The position numbers and the translations under genes are program-made. 64,000 nt of DNA. It comes from Camelus dromedarius. Taxonomy: Eukaryota. Positions 23,230-33,800 of the stretch are shown here, piece after piece (position 1 is the stretch's first letter; each line of letters opens with the position of its first letter). The stretch covers positions 27,032,001-27,096,000 of the forward strand of contig NC_087454.1 in the NCBI RefSeq assembly GCF_036321535.1. Reading direction: 5' to 3'. The notes under the pieces were generated by a model that had not been told where the DNA came from, did not search any database, and worked only from the letters and a program-made list of their open reading frames with translations.

Positions 23230-23405
23230 ACCTGAGACCACTGCTGAGCGTGTCCCAGAGCCAGCCAGGAGCCTATTAAAAATGTGTATTCCTTGGACCC
23301 CACCCCAGATTCTGAATCAGAACTTTTGGGGTGGGCTCCATACATTTTTAGATTTAACAAGCTCCCAGCACTTCTGTCACTTGCGCTCACCAAAATTTGA
23401 GAGCT
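23230..23405. mobile_element. MER5-family hAT MITE
   Basis: ATTCCTTGGACCCCACCCCAGATTCTGAATCAGAAC...TTTAACAAGCTCCCAG. Confidence 0.65.
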
Positions 23406-23829
23406 CCAGGCACGGATGGTCCCTCAGGGCCCATTTTGCTTTGACAGCCTTTGGTTCTGTGAGCTGAGTTCTGCGCCTAGAACCAACTGTGCCCTCTCAG
23501 GTGGGGGCCAAGGACCACACAGAGGGGAACAGCCAGAGGACACCATCATTTGAGAAGGAGACTGGCTCTTCCTGGAGCTCGCCAAGGGAGGACTAGCGAG
23601 AAGGAATCTGCATTGTTCCCGCCTCCACAAAGGGTGTGCTCTGCCCAGCAGGGCAGATCGGTCACCTGCCTTCCTGGAGGGCACACACAGTGCCCCACCC
23701 ACCTTTGTGTCCCCAGCCCCAGTGCAGCACAGGGCACAGAGGTGTTCACACATCTTTGTTGATCAAATGATTGACTGAATAAATGAACACACTGTTCTAT
23801 TAAAGGAAAGTGCTGACCAGCAGCCCACT

Positions 23830-24045
23830 AACACCTGCACCCCACTCTGGACCAACTGAAAAAGCCTCTTTTGGGGGCAGGGAAGGGCCCTAATAGTTTT
23901 TGAAACATCTCAGGTGGTTCTAATGTGCAGGCAGACTGAGAAGAGCTGCCGTGCTTCTCCAAGTGTGGCCCAGTGACCACGTGGGGCACTTGCGCATGGC
24001 TGGGACTCCAGCCTCGTTCCAGACCCACGGAATCAGATCAGCTTG
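23830..24045. mobile_element. Adjacent MER5A/MER5A1-like fragments
   Basis: CTCAGGTGGTTCTAATGTGCAG...TGAGAA followed by GTGCTTCTCCAAGTGTGG...CCAGACCCACGGAATCAGA. Confidence 0.55.
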
Positions 24046-26672
24046 GGGAATGAGTGGTTAGCAGTTCTGGCCTTGGAGACAGACCAGCTTGGGCTTGGAT
24101 ACTGACTCTGTCATTTATTAACTGGTAACTGGGTACGAGTAACTGACTTCACTGTCTGTGCTTCATGCTCCTCAGCTGTAAAATAGGGACCTCAGGGAAC
24201 TGCTGGGAAGAGTAAATGTGCCCAGCTGCTCCATCGCTGCGTGACCTTAAACAAGTGAACACCCCAGAAGTATCTGTCATTGTCCTTATGTCACCATCTC
24301 ATGTAGGCATTACAAATATGCTACCAGTTTCATTTATGTTACCAATTCTAGAAGTTAAACTGGCCCTCCAAGAAGATGCACCATGCCTATCATATGACTC
24401 AGACCTCCCCAGGCCAAGCTGATGCCACAAGCCCAGGGATCCAGATGCCTCTAGTTTTGGATATTGGCCCTAGAAGGAAGCTTGACTTGGGTCAACCCGG
24501 AACTCTCATCCTCTGACCCCAAAGTCGTTCTTAAAATCCCCCTCAGCACCAGCTCCTTGGTTCCTGAATGGGAACCTCTAATCCCCGAGCCTCCCCACCT
24601 TTCCTCTTACCTTTCCTCTACCCCTCTTCCCAGTTCTGAGCCCAGCCTGGAGTACACGCTGCCCTTGGCCCCTCCTCTCTTGTTACCTAGAGCTGTGCCT
24701 AAATAGAGTCGGAGCTGTCTCCTCTCTTTGCCAGATGCAGCCCAGGAGTCCACCATCCAAATCACATGTGTGTGCGTCTCTGTCCTTGGGCAGTGTTTTT
24801 CCACTTGCCTCTGAATGGGCACATCGTGTCTGAAAGTGATTCACTCGGAAGGTAGGGGAGAGACAAGCCCTTCACCAATGTCTGGAGAGGTGGGGAGCAG
24901 CACCATGCAAAATAGCAACCTCAGAAGACAGGGTTATGTCTCAGTCTACTGTCTCCTGGTGCCGTCTTTCTCCCCTGAACCCTTCAATTTCCTCCCTTTG
25001 CCAATGTCTGCAGAATGCGAATACACAGGGGTGAGGTGAGATGAGCAGACTGGTAGGTGTATATCTAGTGGACAAAGGTCAGCTGGGCTGGGAGAGGGGC
25101 AGAGTGCAAGCAGTGTTTTCTCTGCACATCTCCGGCCCCTCCTACCTATGGGCAGGTAGAGGTGATGCCCTATGGGAGGCGTAAGGCCCCTGAGTGCTGT
25201 CAGGCCCCGGCCAGGGCTCCAAAGTCATGGCCACCATCCACTCTATCTCCTGGGGTTCCCCTGCACACCAAGCCCAGTTTCAAAGTCTTCCCAGGGTTCC
25301 CTTCCCTTGTAGTTCCAGAAAACAAGCATAAGAACCTTTTGTTTTAAAGATTTATTGCTGATCCTCATTAGTGATGCACAGGTGACCCATCTAAACAAAG
25401 CCTGACTTTAGTCAGGGTCCCCTCGGATCTGGACCCCCCCTTTCATCCTCAAGCAGAGTCCACCAAGGCCCCTGGCTCTTGCCTAGCTTCAAGGACCCTT
25501 CATCACGGAGGCCCCCCTTCTAGCACGCAAGCCAGGAGAACCCCTCTGTGTCACGCCAGACACAACAGTAGCTATTTGGCCTCATTTGTCCTCTAGTGTC
25601 TATCTCCAAGTCCCCCAGCCCATTTAGAAATGATTTGCTCAGGAGATCACCTGAAAAGCCCTACCCCCTCCACCTGCACCTACTCCAACACATTTCTACG
25701 GGCTGAAAATCTCCTCTCAAAAGTTGATTATTAAATTCATCACTTTCTCCCAGTAGGTTCTTCGACCCGGCAAACATCCCTTCAAAGGGGAACACTATTA
25801 GTCAACTTAATGGCCATGATTCTTATCAGACCATTTTCCTCAAAGACTCCAACCATGGGAGCCAGGTGGTGCCAGGAGTGGCCTCTAGAATGGAAGACCA
25901 TGGTGACCAGGACTAAAGTTCCAGGTGTCACCATTCTCCCACAGGGTAGTGTGTCCTGCATGGCAAGCCAAGCATGGTGACCCGCACAGGAGGCGATTGG
26001 AAACTCTGGCCTCCTCCCATCCCAGCCTCAGACTCTAGGAGACCCGTGGCCCTCTCCCCGCATCCCGCCAAGGCTCTGGACACCCCTGTGTTTATGTCAA
26101 CAGAGCACTTGCCGACCGGGGCAGGCTCCTGCCTGCCAGCGGGGTGCCTGGTACTCGTGGCCCGTTGTTTGTGTACCTCGTCTCAGTAGTGACTGAGGGG
26201 CAGGCACTCCCAGGCTGGGTCTCTGGGGCAACGTGCTGTTGGGGTCCCAGCTGTCCCTGCACATAAAGCACCCACAACGGGCTCCCGAGGTGTCTTCTTT
26301 CATAGGGTGAGAATTTAAACCTTCCCCTGGTGAGGCTGCTATTTTCCACCAGCCTCCAGCTGGCCTCTCTACTCCCTTCCCAGTGAGGGCAGCTTGGCAT
26401 CAGGCCGAGACCCAAGGAGTACCCGAACCTGACCCTGTCCCCTCCTCCCCAGCCACCTCCCAGAACCTCTGAATGCTTTCTGAAACAAGCGTGGGAAATG
26501 GGACAGGGAGAGGCAGGCCACAGCATACCCTGGGCTTAATCCTTCTCATTCCAGCCACCTCCACCGCACAGAAAGGGGCTAGGGCTAGGGCTACAGAGAC
26601 AGGTTGGGAAAATTCCCTTTTCTGTTTCCATCCCCACTCACCAGCTGCCTGGTGTCTCCATACCTATACCCC

Positions 26673-26674
<2 letters not shown>

Positions 26675-26720
<46 letters not shown>
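26675..26720. repeat. (AC)23 microsatellite
   Basis: Read directly from the sequence. Confidence 0.95.
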
Positions 26721-26722
<2 letters not shown>

Positions 26723-26844
26723 CTTCATATACCAACTGCTTCCAGAGCCCAATCTCCCTGCAAGAACTCCCTCTCCCCTAATCCCCTTCTTGCCCTCCTC
26801 CCTGAGAGCCTAGCCTCAGGGGTCCTGGGAGCAGTAGGGACTGA

Positions 26845-27055
26845 ATGGTGCAGGAGTTAAGACTCTAAAGACACACAGTTCTACTCTCACTAGCTGGGTG
26901 ACCTTGAGCAAGTCACTTAACCTCTCTGATCTCAATTTCCTCACCAATAAAATGAGTATAATAATAATACCTACCCCAATATTCTGATGAGGAGTGAATG
27001 AATTAATTTATGTGACCTGCTCAGAGCAGTGTCAGTCCCTGAGTAGGGGCTGAGC
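26845..27055 (+). mobile_element. MIR SINE
   Basis: CACTAGCTGGGTGACCTTGAGCAAGTCACTTAACCTCTCTGATCTCAATTTCCTCA, a strong core match. Confidence 0.85.
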
Positions 27056-28458
27056 TGGTGTCAGTTCTCACTGTTACTGAATTCCAGGCAGCATAACACA
27101 ATGGGAAAAGCATGTAACTTGGAGGCTGACAGACTTGCGTTCAAATCCCAGCACCCCCCTGACCCCACGGAAATAAGTAGATACCTTATTTCCCAGTTTC
27201 CTCCTCTGCAGAACGGGCGTACTGATATAAACCTACCCAGCAGTGTTAACGCAGGGGGTGGGGAGCGCCTGTACTAAAAAGAGTATGGTGGCAGCTGCAG
27301 GAGGAGGAGTCCAGCTCCTGGCACCTGATCCCCCAGATTAGCTGCTGCACTCTGGGGCCAGCGGGGAAAACTGGTCAGACTTGGAAAGGAGAGCCAGGGA
27401 CCAGGCAGGAATTCGGGCCCCCAGGAGGTGCCATAAATAGCCAGAGCAAGTCAGAGGCCCTCCAGGGAAGCGGGGAGGAGGGGCTGGAAAGGAGTAGTGG
27501 AAAAGGAAGCTGTCAGTCGTCAGTCCAGGGAGGGTCAGGACGCTCTCCCAAGTGCCAAAGGTAAAGCTGTACGTGGATCTGGTAGGAGCGAGGGGTCACC
27601 TCTTCAGAGAGGACCAGCTTGGGGACCAGCTCTGCACCATCTCCCAACATCACCCAGAGTCGGATCATTTCTTCTACACTCTTCCACCCTGCAAGTCTTT
27701 GGGAGACAGTCCTGCTTCCTCAGTTTCATGTCTTTGACCATCCTGGAATAGACAGTAATAACTCAGCTTGCATCACAGGCAGGAACACTGAGGCCCAGAG
27801 ATGCTAAGTGAGTTGGCCAAGATCACACAGTGAATCAAAGGCTGAGATGGGGATATGAACATGGGTTTTTTTTCCTCTCCCAATCCAGGGTTATACACAG
27901 CAGCCAAAATATAGGAATCTACTCTCAAGAAGGAAGTCTTTCCAACAGGGGAAAGGATCTCTCCTCCCTACTTTCCTCCTTGCAAGACATTTTACTCTCT
28001 TCCTTCATAGATCCAAGCACATCACAGCAGCTGCAACCACAAGTGGGACATAATGCTTTAGAGATGCAGCCATCAGAGCTTGCTGGGTGCAGCCCTAGAA
28101 ATAAAAATGTAGGCTCAGAAGACCTGGACTTAAATCCTTGTGTGACCTTATACAAATCACTTCACCTTTCTGAGCTGCAGGGTCCCTAACCTGTAAAATG
28201 AAGCCAATAATACACACACACACACACACAAACTGAGTGAGATTGGTGTGAGGACCACAGGCGATCATGCGTGCCTGAACACCTCCAGATGCTATAAAGA
28301 CTGGGAGCTGTTCCTGGTGAGGCAGCACCTTATTTATCTCTGTCTCCTAGGTGTTTACCACTGTAGTGCCTGGCACGTAGAAGCCCTCGATAAATGCTGA
28401 TCAAATAAAAGAATGAAGTAAACTCTCTGCATTTAAATGTTGTGTGTCTGTGTGTTGG

Positions 28459-28468
28459 CTATTTATAA
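28459..28468. promoter_or_regulatory. MEF2 consensus site CTATTTATAA about 2.2 kb upstream of the APOBEC2 ATG
   Basis: Matches YTAWWWWTAR. Confidence 0.45.
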
Positions 28469-28594
28469 GCTATCATTGCCTTTACTTTGTGTACACAAGC
28501 ACTACTACCGCTACCCTGTGCCTTACACCCCTGGAAAAATACCTGAAAAAAATTACCTCTGGATAGGATGCTTTTAGTAATAAGCCTAATAGGT

Positions 28595-28728
28595 AGGTTG
28601 ACCGTATATGTAGTTGATTGTTCTACACTGGGTCACCTGGGGAGTGAAAGGGGCATTTGTAGCAATTATGCCTGGAAAACAAATATAAACTGGGATGGTC
28701 CTGGGCAAACCAGAACACCTGGACATCT
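28595..28728. mobile_element. MER94 (hAT-Blackjack) MITE
   Basis: AGGTTGACCGTAT...GAGTGAAAGGGG...AAACTGGGATGGTCCTGGGCAAACC matches the recalled MER94 layout. Confidence 0.7.
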
Positions 28729-29089
28729 CGCTCACAAGGGGCCATGCTGCTGAGAGCTCTCTGGAAGAGAGAGCCTCCAATCCTCCGAACTATCCTGACT
28801 CCTATTCTCTAGTCAGACCATGGAAAGGGTCCTCTGCCTTCTCATCCCCACCACCAAACCCGACTGGGAGCTATGTTCAGACCGGTTCCCCCTTTTTCTC
28901 AGGTTCCTCATTTTCAAACTCTAGGTGACCCAGACCCCATCCTTCTGTTGCCCTGAGAATGTCCTAGAGTGTCTGCATTGCCCCAAACATGAAAACCCTT
29001 GGCCCCAGCTAGGCACGCATCATGTGAAGTGCAAAAATCATCCAGCTCCCTCCCTGTGCTGTTGCAGCTCAGGGATTATTCTAAGGGCC

Positions 29090-29705
29090 CCAGTCATCTC
29101 TCATTAGTGTTGATAGGCTTATAGCTGGTCCCTTGACTTCTGCTCTTTCTCACTTTTCTCTATTCTCAACAAAGCAGCCTGGGTGATCCTATAAAAATAT
29201 ATCAGACCACACATCTCACCTGTTCAAAGACAATGACTTCCCATCTCACTTAGAGAAAAAGCCAAGGCCCTTACAACAGCCTAAGGCCCCAGCTATTTAT
29301 TCCTCATTTATCTCTCTGGCCTCATCTCCTAGGACTCTCAAGCCACACCGATGTCCTTACTTGTTCCTCAAATACATCCACCTCAGGATCTTTGCACCTG
29401 CTCTTCTCCTCCTTGGAACATGTTCCCCTTAGATATCCATATGATTATTTCCCTTACCTTCTTCAGATCTTTTCTCAATTGCCTCCTTTTCAAAGTTCTT
29501 CCCTGGCCATCCTATAAAAACATGTCACTGTGTTACCCCTCCCCGACTTTTCTCTTTAGTACCACCAAATAGACCATAGATACTACTTATCCAAACCCCT
29601 CAAGCCCTGTGAGGCAAGACTTTGTTTTGTTCTTTGCCATATCCCCAGTACCTGAAACAACACCTGGCATAGAGTAGATGCTCAATAAGTATTCATTGAA
29701 TGAAT
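29090..29705 (+). mobile_element. L2 LINE 3' end (L2a-like)
   Basis: CAAAGCAGCCTGGGTGATCCT...CCTGGCATAGAGTAGATGCTCAATAAGTATTCATTGAATGAAT. Confidence 0.8.
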
Positions 29706-29732
29706 AAAGGACCAATTGGGAAGGAACATGCA

Positions 29733-29943
29733 TGGCGGTTGAATGTTTGGCCTCTGGTGTCAAATGGCCTGGGTTTTAACCCTGCCTCTGCTGTGGGCTG
29801 ATGACCATAAGCATGGCCCTTAACCTTTCCGTGAGTCTCAGTTTCCTCATGTGTAACACGGGGATAATCTGCATTGCCTGCCAGGGCTGTGGAGAGCATT
29901 AAGTCCAATTTCACATGTAAAACACTAACATCATTGCCTGGCC
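29733..29943 (+). mobile_element. MIR SINE
   Basis: GTCTCAGTTTCCTCATGTGTAACACGGGATAAT. Confidence 0.75.
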
Positions 29944-30530
29944 TATTTTCAAAACTCTCAATTTAATAAATCTCAGTATTGTTACTCCTGGAGGCTCCCA
30001 GTGGATTTGACACTGCCTTATGTGCCCATAACCGGAAGCAGCATCCACTCCCTTTAAGTAACAACTCACAGTTTCTTTCCCAATTAGCGGTACTTCTCTG
30101 CCCTGTCTCAGGACCCTCCTTTCCTAAACCCAAATCTCCTCAACCAAATGGGCCCGGGTCTCTTTGCAACCGCCCCATTCTGCACAAGCCTTTTCCTGCT
30201 TAAACCTCTGAGAGAGCTTTCCTCCAAAATCTCAGGATACCCACCCTGGGGCCCTTCCATGATCTCACCAGGATGCTGGGAAAGTCCGGTGGGAAACAAA
30301 GGTGAGGGATAGAAAGTGAGAGCGGAGGATTAGGAAGAGATATGAAGACGTGTGAACTGGTGCGGGGTGCGGGGAGAGGGCCAAGCCATCCCCACCTGCC
30401 AGCTTCCTGTCTTGCTCCTGATAAATAGGGGATCCTGATGGCCAGATTTTCCATTCCCCCCATCCTGGCATCCGCCGTCACTCAATTAAAAAAAGATAGA
30501 GGGAGAGGGCCTGGGGGAGGGGCCTCTGCT

Positions 30531-30536
30531 TATAAA
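30531..30536 (+). promoter_or_regulatory. APOBEC2: APOBEC2 TATA box (TATAAA); E-box CAGCTG at 30619-30624
   Basis: TATAAA about 170 nt upstream of the ATG, preceded by GGGGGAGGGG. Confidence 0.6.
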
Positions 30537-30702
30537 GCCTGCGGCCCAGGGGGTAAGCGCACTCCGCCTGCCTGCCCTGTCCTCTTCCTGTCACCCTCCA
30601 GGCAGACTTAGCTGCTGACAGCTGCTTGGGACTCTGCTGCCAGACCTTGGCCCAGACCACTGCCTCCCTTCCTCTCAGCAACTCCTGAGCCACAGCCCCT
30701 CC

Positions 30703-30833
30703 ATGGCCCAGAAAGAAGAGGCCGCTGCGGCCGCGGCGCCTGCCTCCCAGAATGGTGAGGATCTGGAGAACCTGGAGGACCCCGAGAAGCTGAAGGAGCT
30801 GATTGAGCTGCCGCCCTTTGAGATCGTCACAGG
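30703..30833 (+). CDS. APOBEC2: APOBEC2 coding exon 1
   Basis: Kozak CCATGG; donor GG|GTGAG at 30834. Confidence 0.96.
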
Positions 30834-33800
30834 GTGAGAGCCCGGTGTGGGCTGGGCTTCTCCTCCCTAGAAGAGCACCGGCTGGGGACAGGTTGGGGGC
30901 ACCGAGGACGATAATCGGAGGGGTCAGGGTCTCCGTCCTGCAGTGTGAGAGTGCGCAGCGGGGGCTGCAGGGGACCCAGCAGCAAACTCTCTTGCTTCTA
31001 AGTGACACCTTGGACCCTCTAACAGGGGAAGTAGGAGGAGCTCCGCGGAGGTGAGGGCCCAGAGAAGGAAATCACCCCTGAGGTTTCATGGTTTGGGGGC
31101 GTCCATCAGCTGCCTCTCTGAGTAGATGTTGTATAGTTCTAGGGAATTTGGTCAGAACACCGGATGCCACTGGCACGTGTCAGTGTGGCCCCAAAGTACC
31201 TCTTCCCCCAGCTTCTCTCTCTGCTTCTGAGTGGGCCTCTCCTCTACCTGTATGTTTCTCTTTCTTTAGAGCTTCTCTCTGGAATAGAAGATCCTAAGAC
31301 AGGAAAGATAGATTCATCCTTTCCCAAGCCAGGGTGAGAAGAGGTTTTCTCCCTTGCTGAATCTTTTCTAAGTCTCCCCAGGGACTATGCACACCTGCCC
31401 CCAGGGAAGCAGAGACGTTACAGGCCGGGTAGCACAGGCTAGGCCCCACAGCTCCCAGGCAGAGGAGTTCCAAAGCCCTCAGCCACAACCCGGAGGAACC
31501 AGGACCCAGAGCAAAGAGTCTCGAGGCTCCAAACGGGGGCTGCACAGAGGGTCCCCTTGTCTTGTCCAGATCAGGCCATTTCCAGGAAGAAAAAAAGCTG
31601 TCTTTTTCCTTTTCCCTCTCTGTCCCTTTAGCAGAAGATTCGGGTAAGTTCCTAAACAAAGAACAAGAAGGGAATATGTGGGGCCTGAGGATTCCTTCCT
31701 GGGAGTCTCCAGCAATGCCCACAGGCAGAAGAGGGGCTACACTAAGAGAAATTTCAGGAAGAACAGGGGCATGATGCCTTCAAGGGGCAGAAGGAGGCCT
31801 GGGAGGCAATTTGGACTTGCTGTTTGAAGCTGGGAAAGTGAATTTCTAGCCCTGGCTGCAGTTTTTCATTCGTAACATGAGGAAGTTACACTAGTTGATC
31901 CCGAAGATCCCTTCCAGCTCAGATATGTTCCGGTTTCTAAGAGAACCTGAGGGAAAGGCATCTTAGTTCCTGAGGCAAGAGTTCAGGGAAGAGCCCTTGA
32001 ACTTGCATTCGCCCATGCCCAACCAAGTAATGTCACCCTCATCCCAGGATTAAGGGACCAATGGGACACAGATTAATTTAGACGCAGGGAGGGCCTAGGG
32101 CCACCAGGCCAGGAGAGTCCTTGATTCCAGTGTCCTCCTCTCTATGGAAGGAGATCCTTTTCCTAAGAGCTAAGCATGCTGGTCCCTGCTGCCCTTGGTC
32201 GCACACACACAGGCACATGCACACCCACTCTGCGCAGTGCTGTGATCTTCCCAGCACAGGGGTGGGGTAAGTCCAGAACAGAATTAAGAGTATGTCTGTT
32301 GAGTTGAACATGCTTTGTGGTCTCAGGGTGGTGGGTTTTGAAAGATTAAATCCCCTGATGTCACTTCCACTTGTCTGGGGCTTTATAGTCCCGGCACACT
32401 CACATGCCTGAGCTCCTTCAAGCCACTGCACAAGGCGAGGAGGGGTGCCCTATCATCCCCACTCCACAGATGGGGAACTGAGAGTCAGGGAAATGGAGTG
32501 ACTGGTCCAAGAGCACAGAACCAGTAAGTGGCAGGTCTTCTGACTCTAGCCAAGCGTCCTTACCACTTGTCTCTTACTCATGCTGGGTCCCCGATTTCTG
32601 AGACAGAGCTCCGCCTGTCTCCATCTGCAAAGTTGTGAGGCTCAGTGGCTTCCCTGACCCAAGGCTCAGAAAAAGAGGCAGAAGTGGGGCCACTTTCCAG
32701 TGCTCTGAGAACAGTTCAAGAGGGAAGTGGGGCCCTGAGTGTTTCCCGGCCACAGGCAACAGCTGTGGAGACTGGTCTCCTGGGCCCCTCCGGGTAAACA
32801 GACTGCTTAAAATAGCGCAGAGGTGCGGCTGTGTCTGTGCCGGGGCAGGATGAGGGAACCCCATCCCTCTCCTTCACTCTCCAGGTGCCCTGGCGTCAAA
32901 AGAGCCAGCAGAGCCAGGACTCCCACAGGGGTGGGTCTAGCAACACTGCCCCTACGATTCTGGCCCCAAACTAGAACAGCAGGTGGCTTTTCAGGAAACA
33001 GTCTTAGGTGAGGAATAAGGAGAGAGATGTCTGCTTGTTGTGATTCTGGTTTGAACAGGGCAGTCGGGATAGAAAGCAGACCTCAGAACACTAAAAATAA
33101 TGGGGTGGAAATTGCTCGAGAAAGGTCTATAACTGTGGTGTGCCCAGGCCCGCTCAAGTTGGCTGAGTTGTTTGGGTGCATTTCTTACCAACTGTGTTCA
33201 GTGACTTTATGCTGCTTTCTTGAAATCTCCACAATGGGGGTGTTTACAGAAATCAGCAAATNNNNNNNNNNNNNNNNNNNNNNNNNNNNNNNNNNNNNNN
33301 NNNNNNNNNNNNNNNNNNNNNNNNNNNNNNNNNNNNNNNNNNNNNNNNNNNNNNNNNNNNNNNNNNNNNNNNNNNNNNNNNNNNNNNNNNNNNNNNNNNN
33401 NNNNNNNNNNNNNNNNNNTAAACCAGCACACCACTGAAAGAGAGAACCCTCTGAACATGAACGGGAGAGCAGAGGAGGGATCAGGTTTAGGAGTGCTTGA
33501 GGGGTAAGATTTGGGGTCCAGAGAAGGCATCACCCATCAGTTCTAGGTTTAATTTCTCAAGTGTCAACCATTGTTCAAAATCTGAGAGGTTGGATTACTC
33601 AACCTATCTTTCCGATGAGGAAACCAAGCCTCAGAGGGAGTAATAATTTGCCCAGAGCTAGCAGATGGAGTAGGGTGTGAACGCCAAGACTGTCCGATCC
33701 AAATCACTAGGCTGCATCGAAAAAAACCATAAAGAGAAGTCTTGTCATATGCAACAAATATTTTCTGAATAGGAGTCATTTATTTGCTGCCCGTTCCCCC

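Noticed and set aside
26606-26617. NF-kB-like GGGAAAATTCCC upstream of APOBEC2
   Set aside because: One base longer than the canonical spacing and isolated; not enough support
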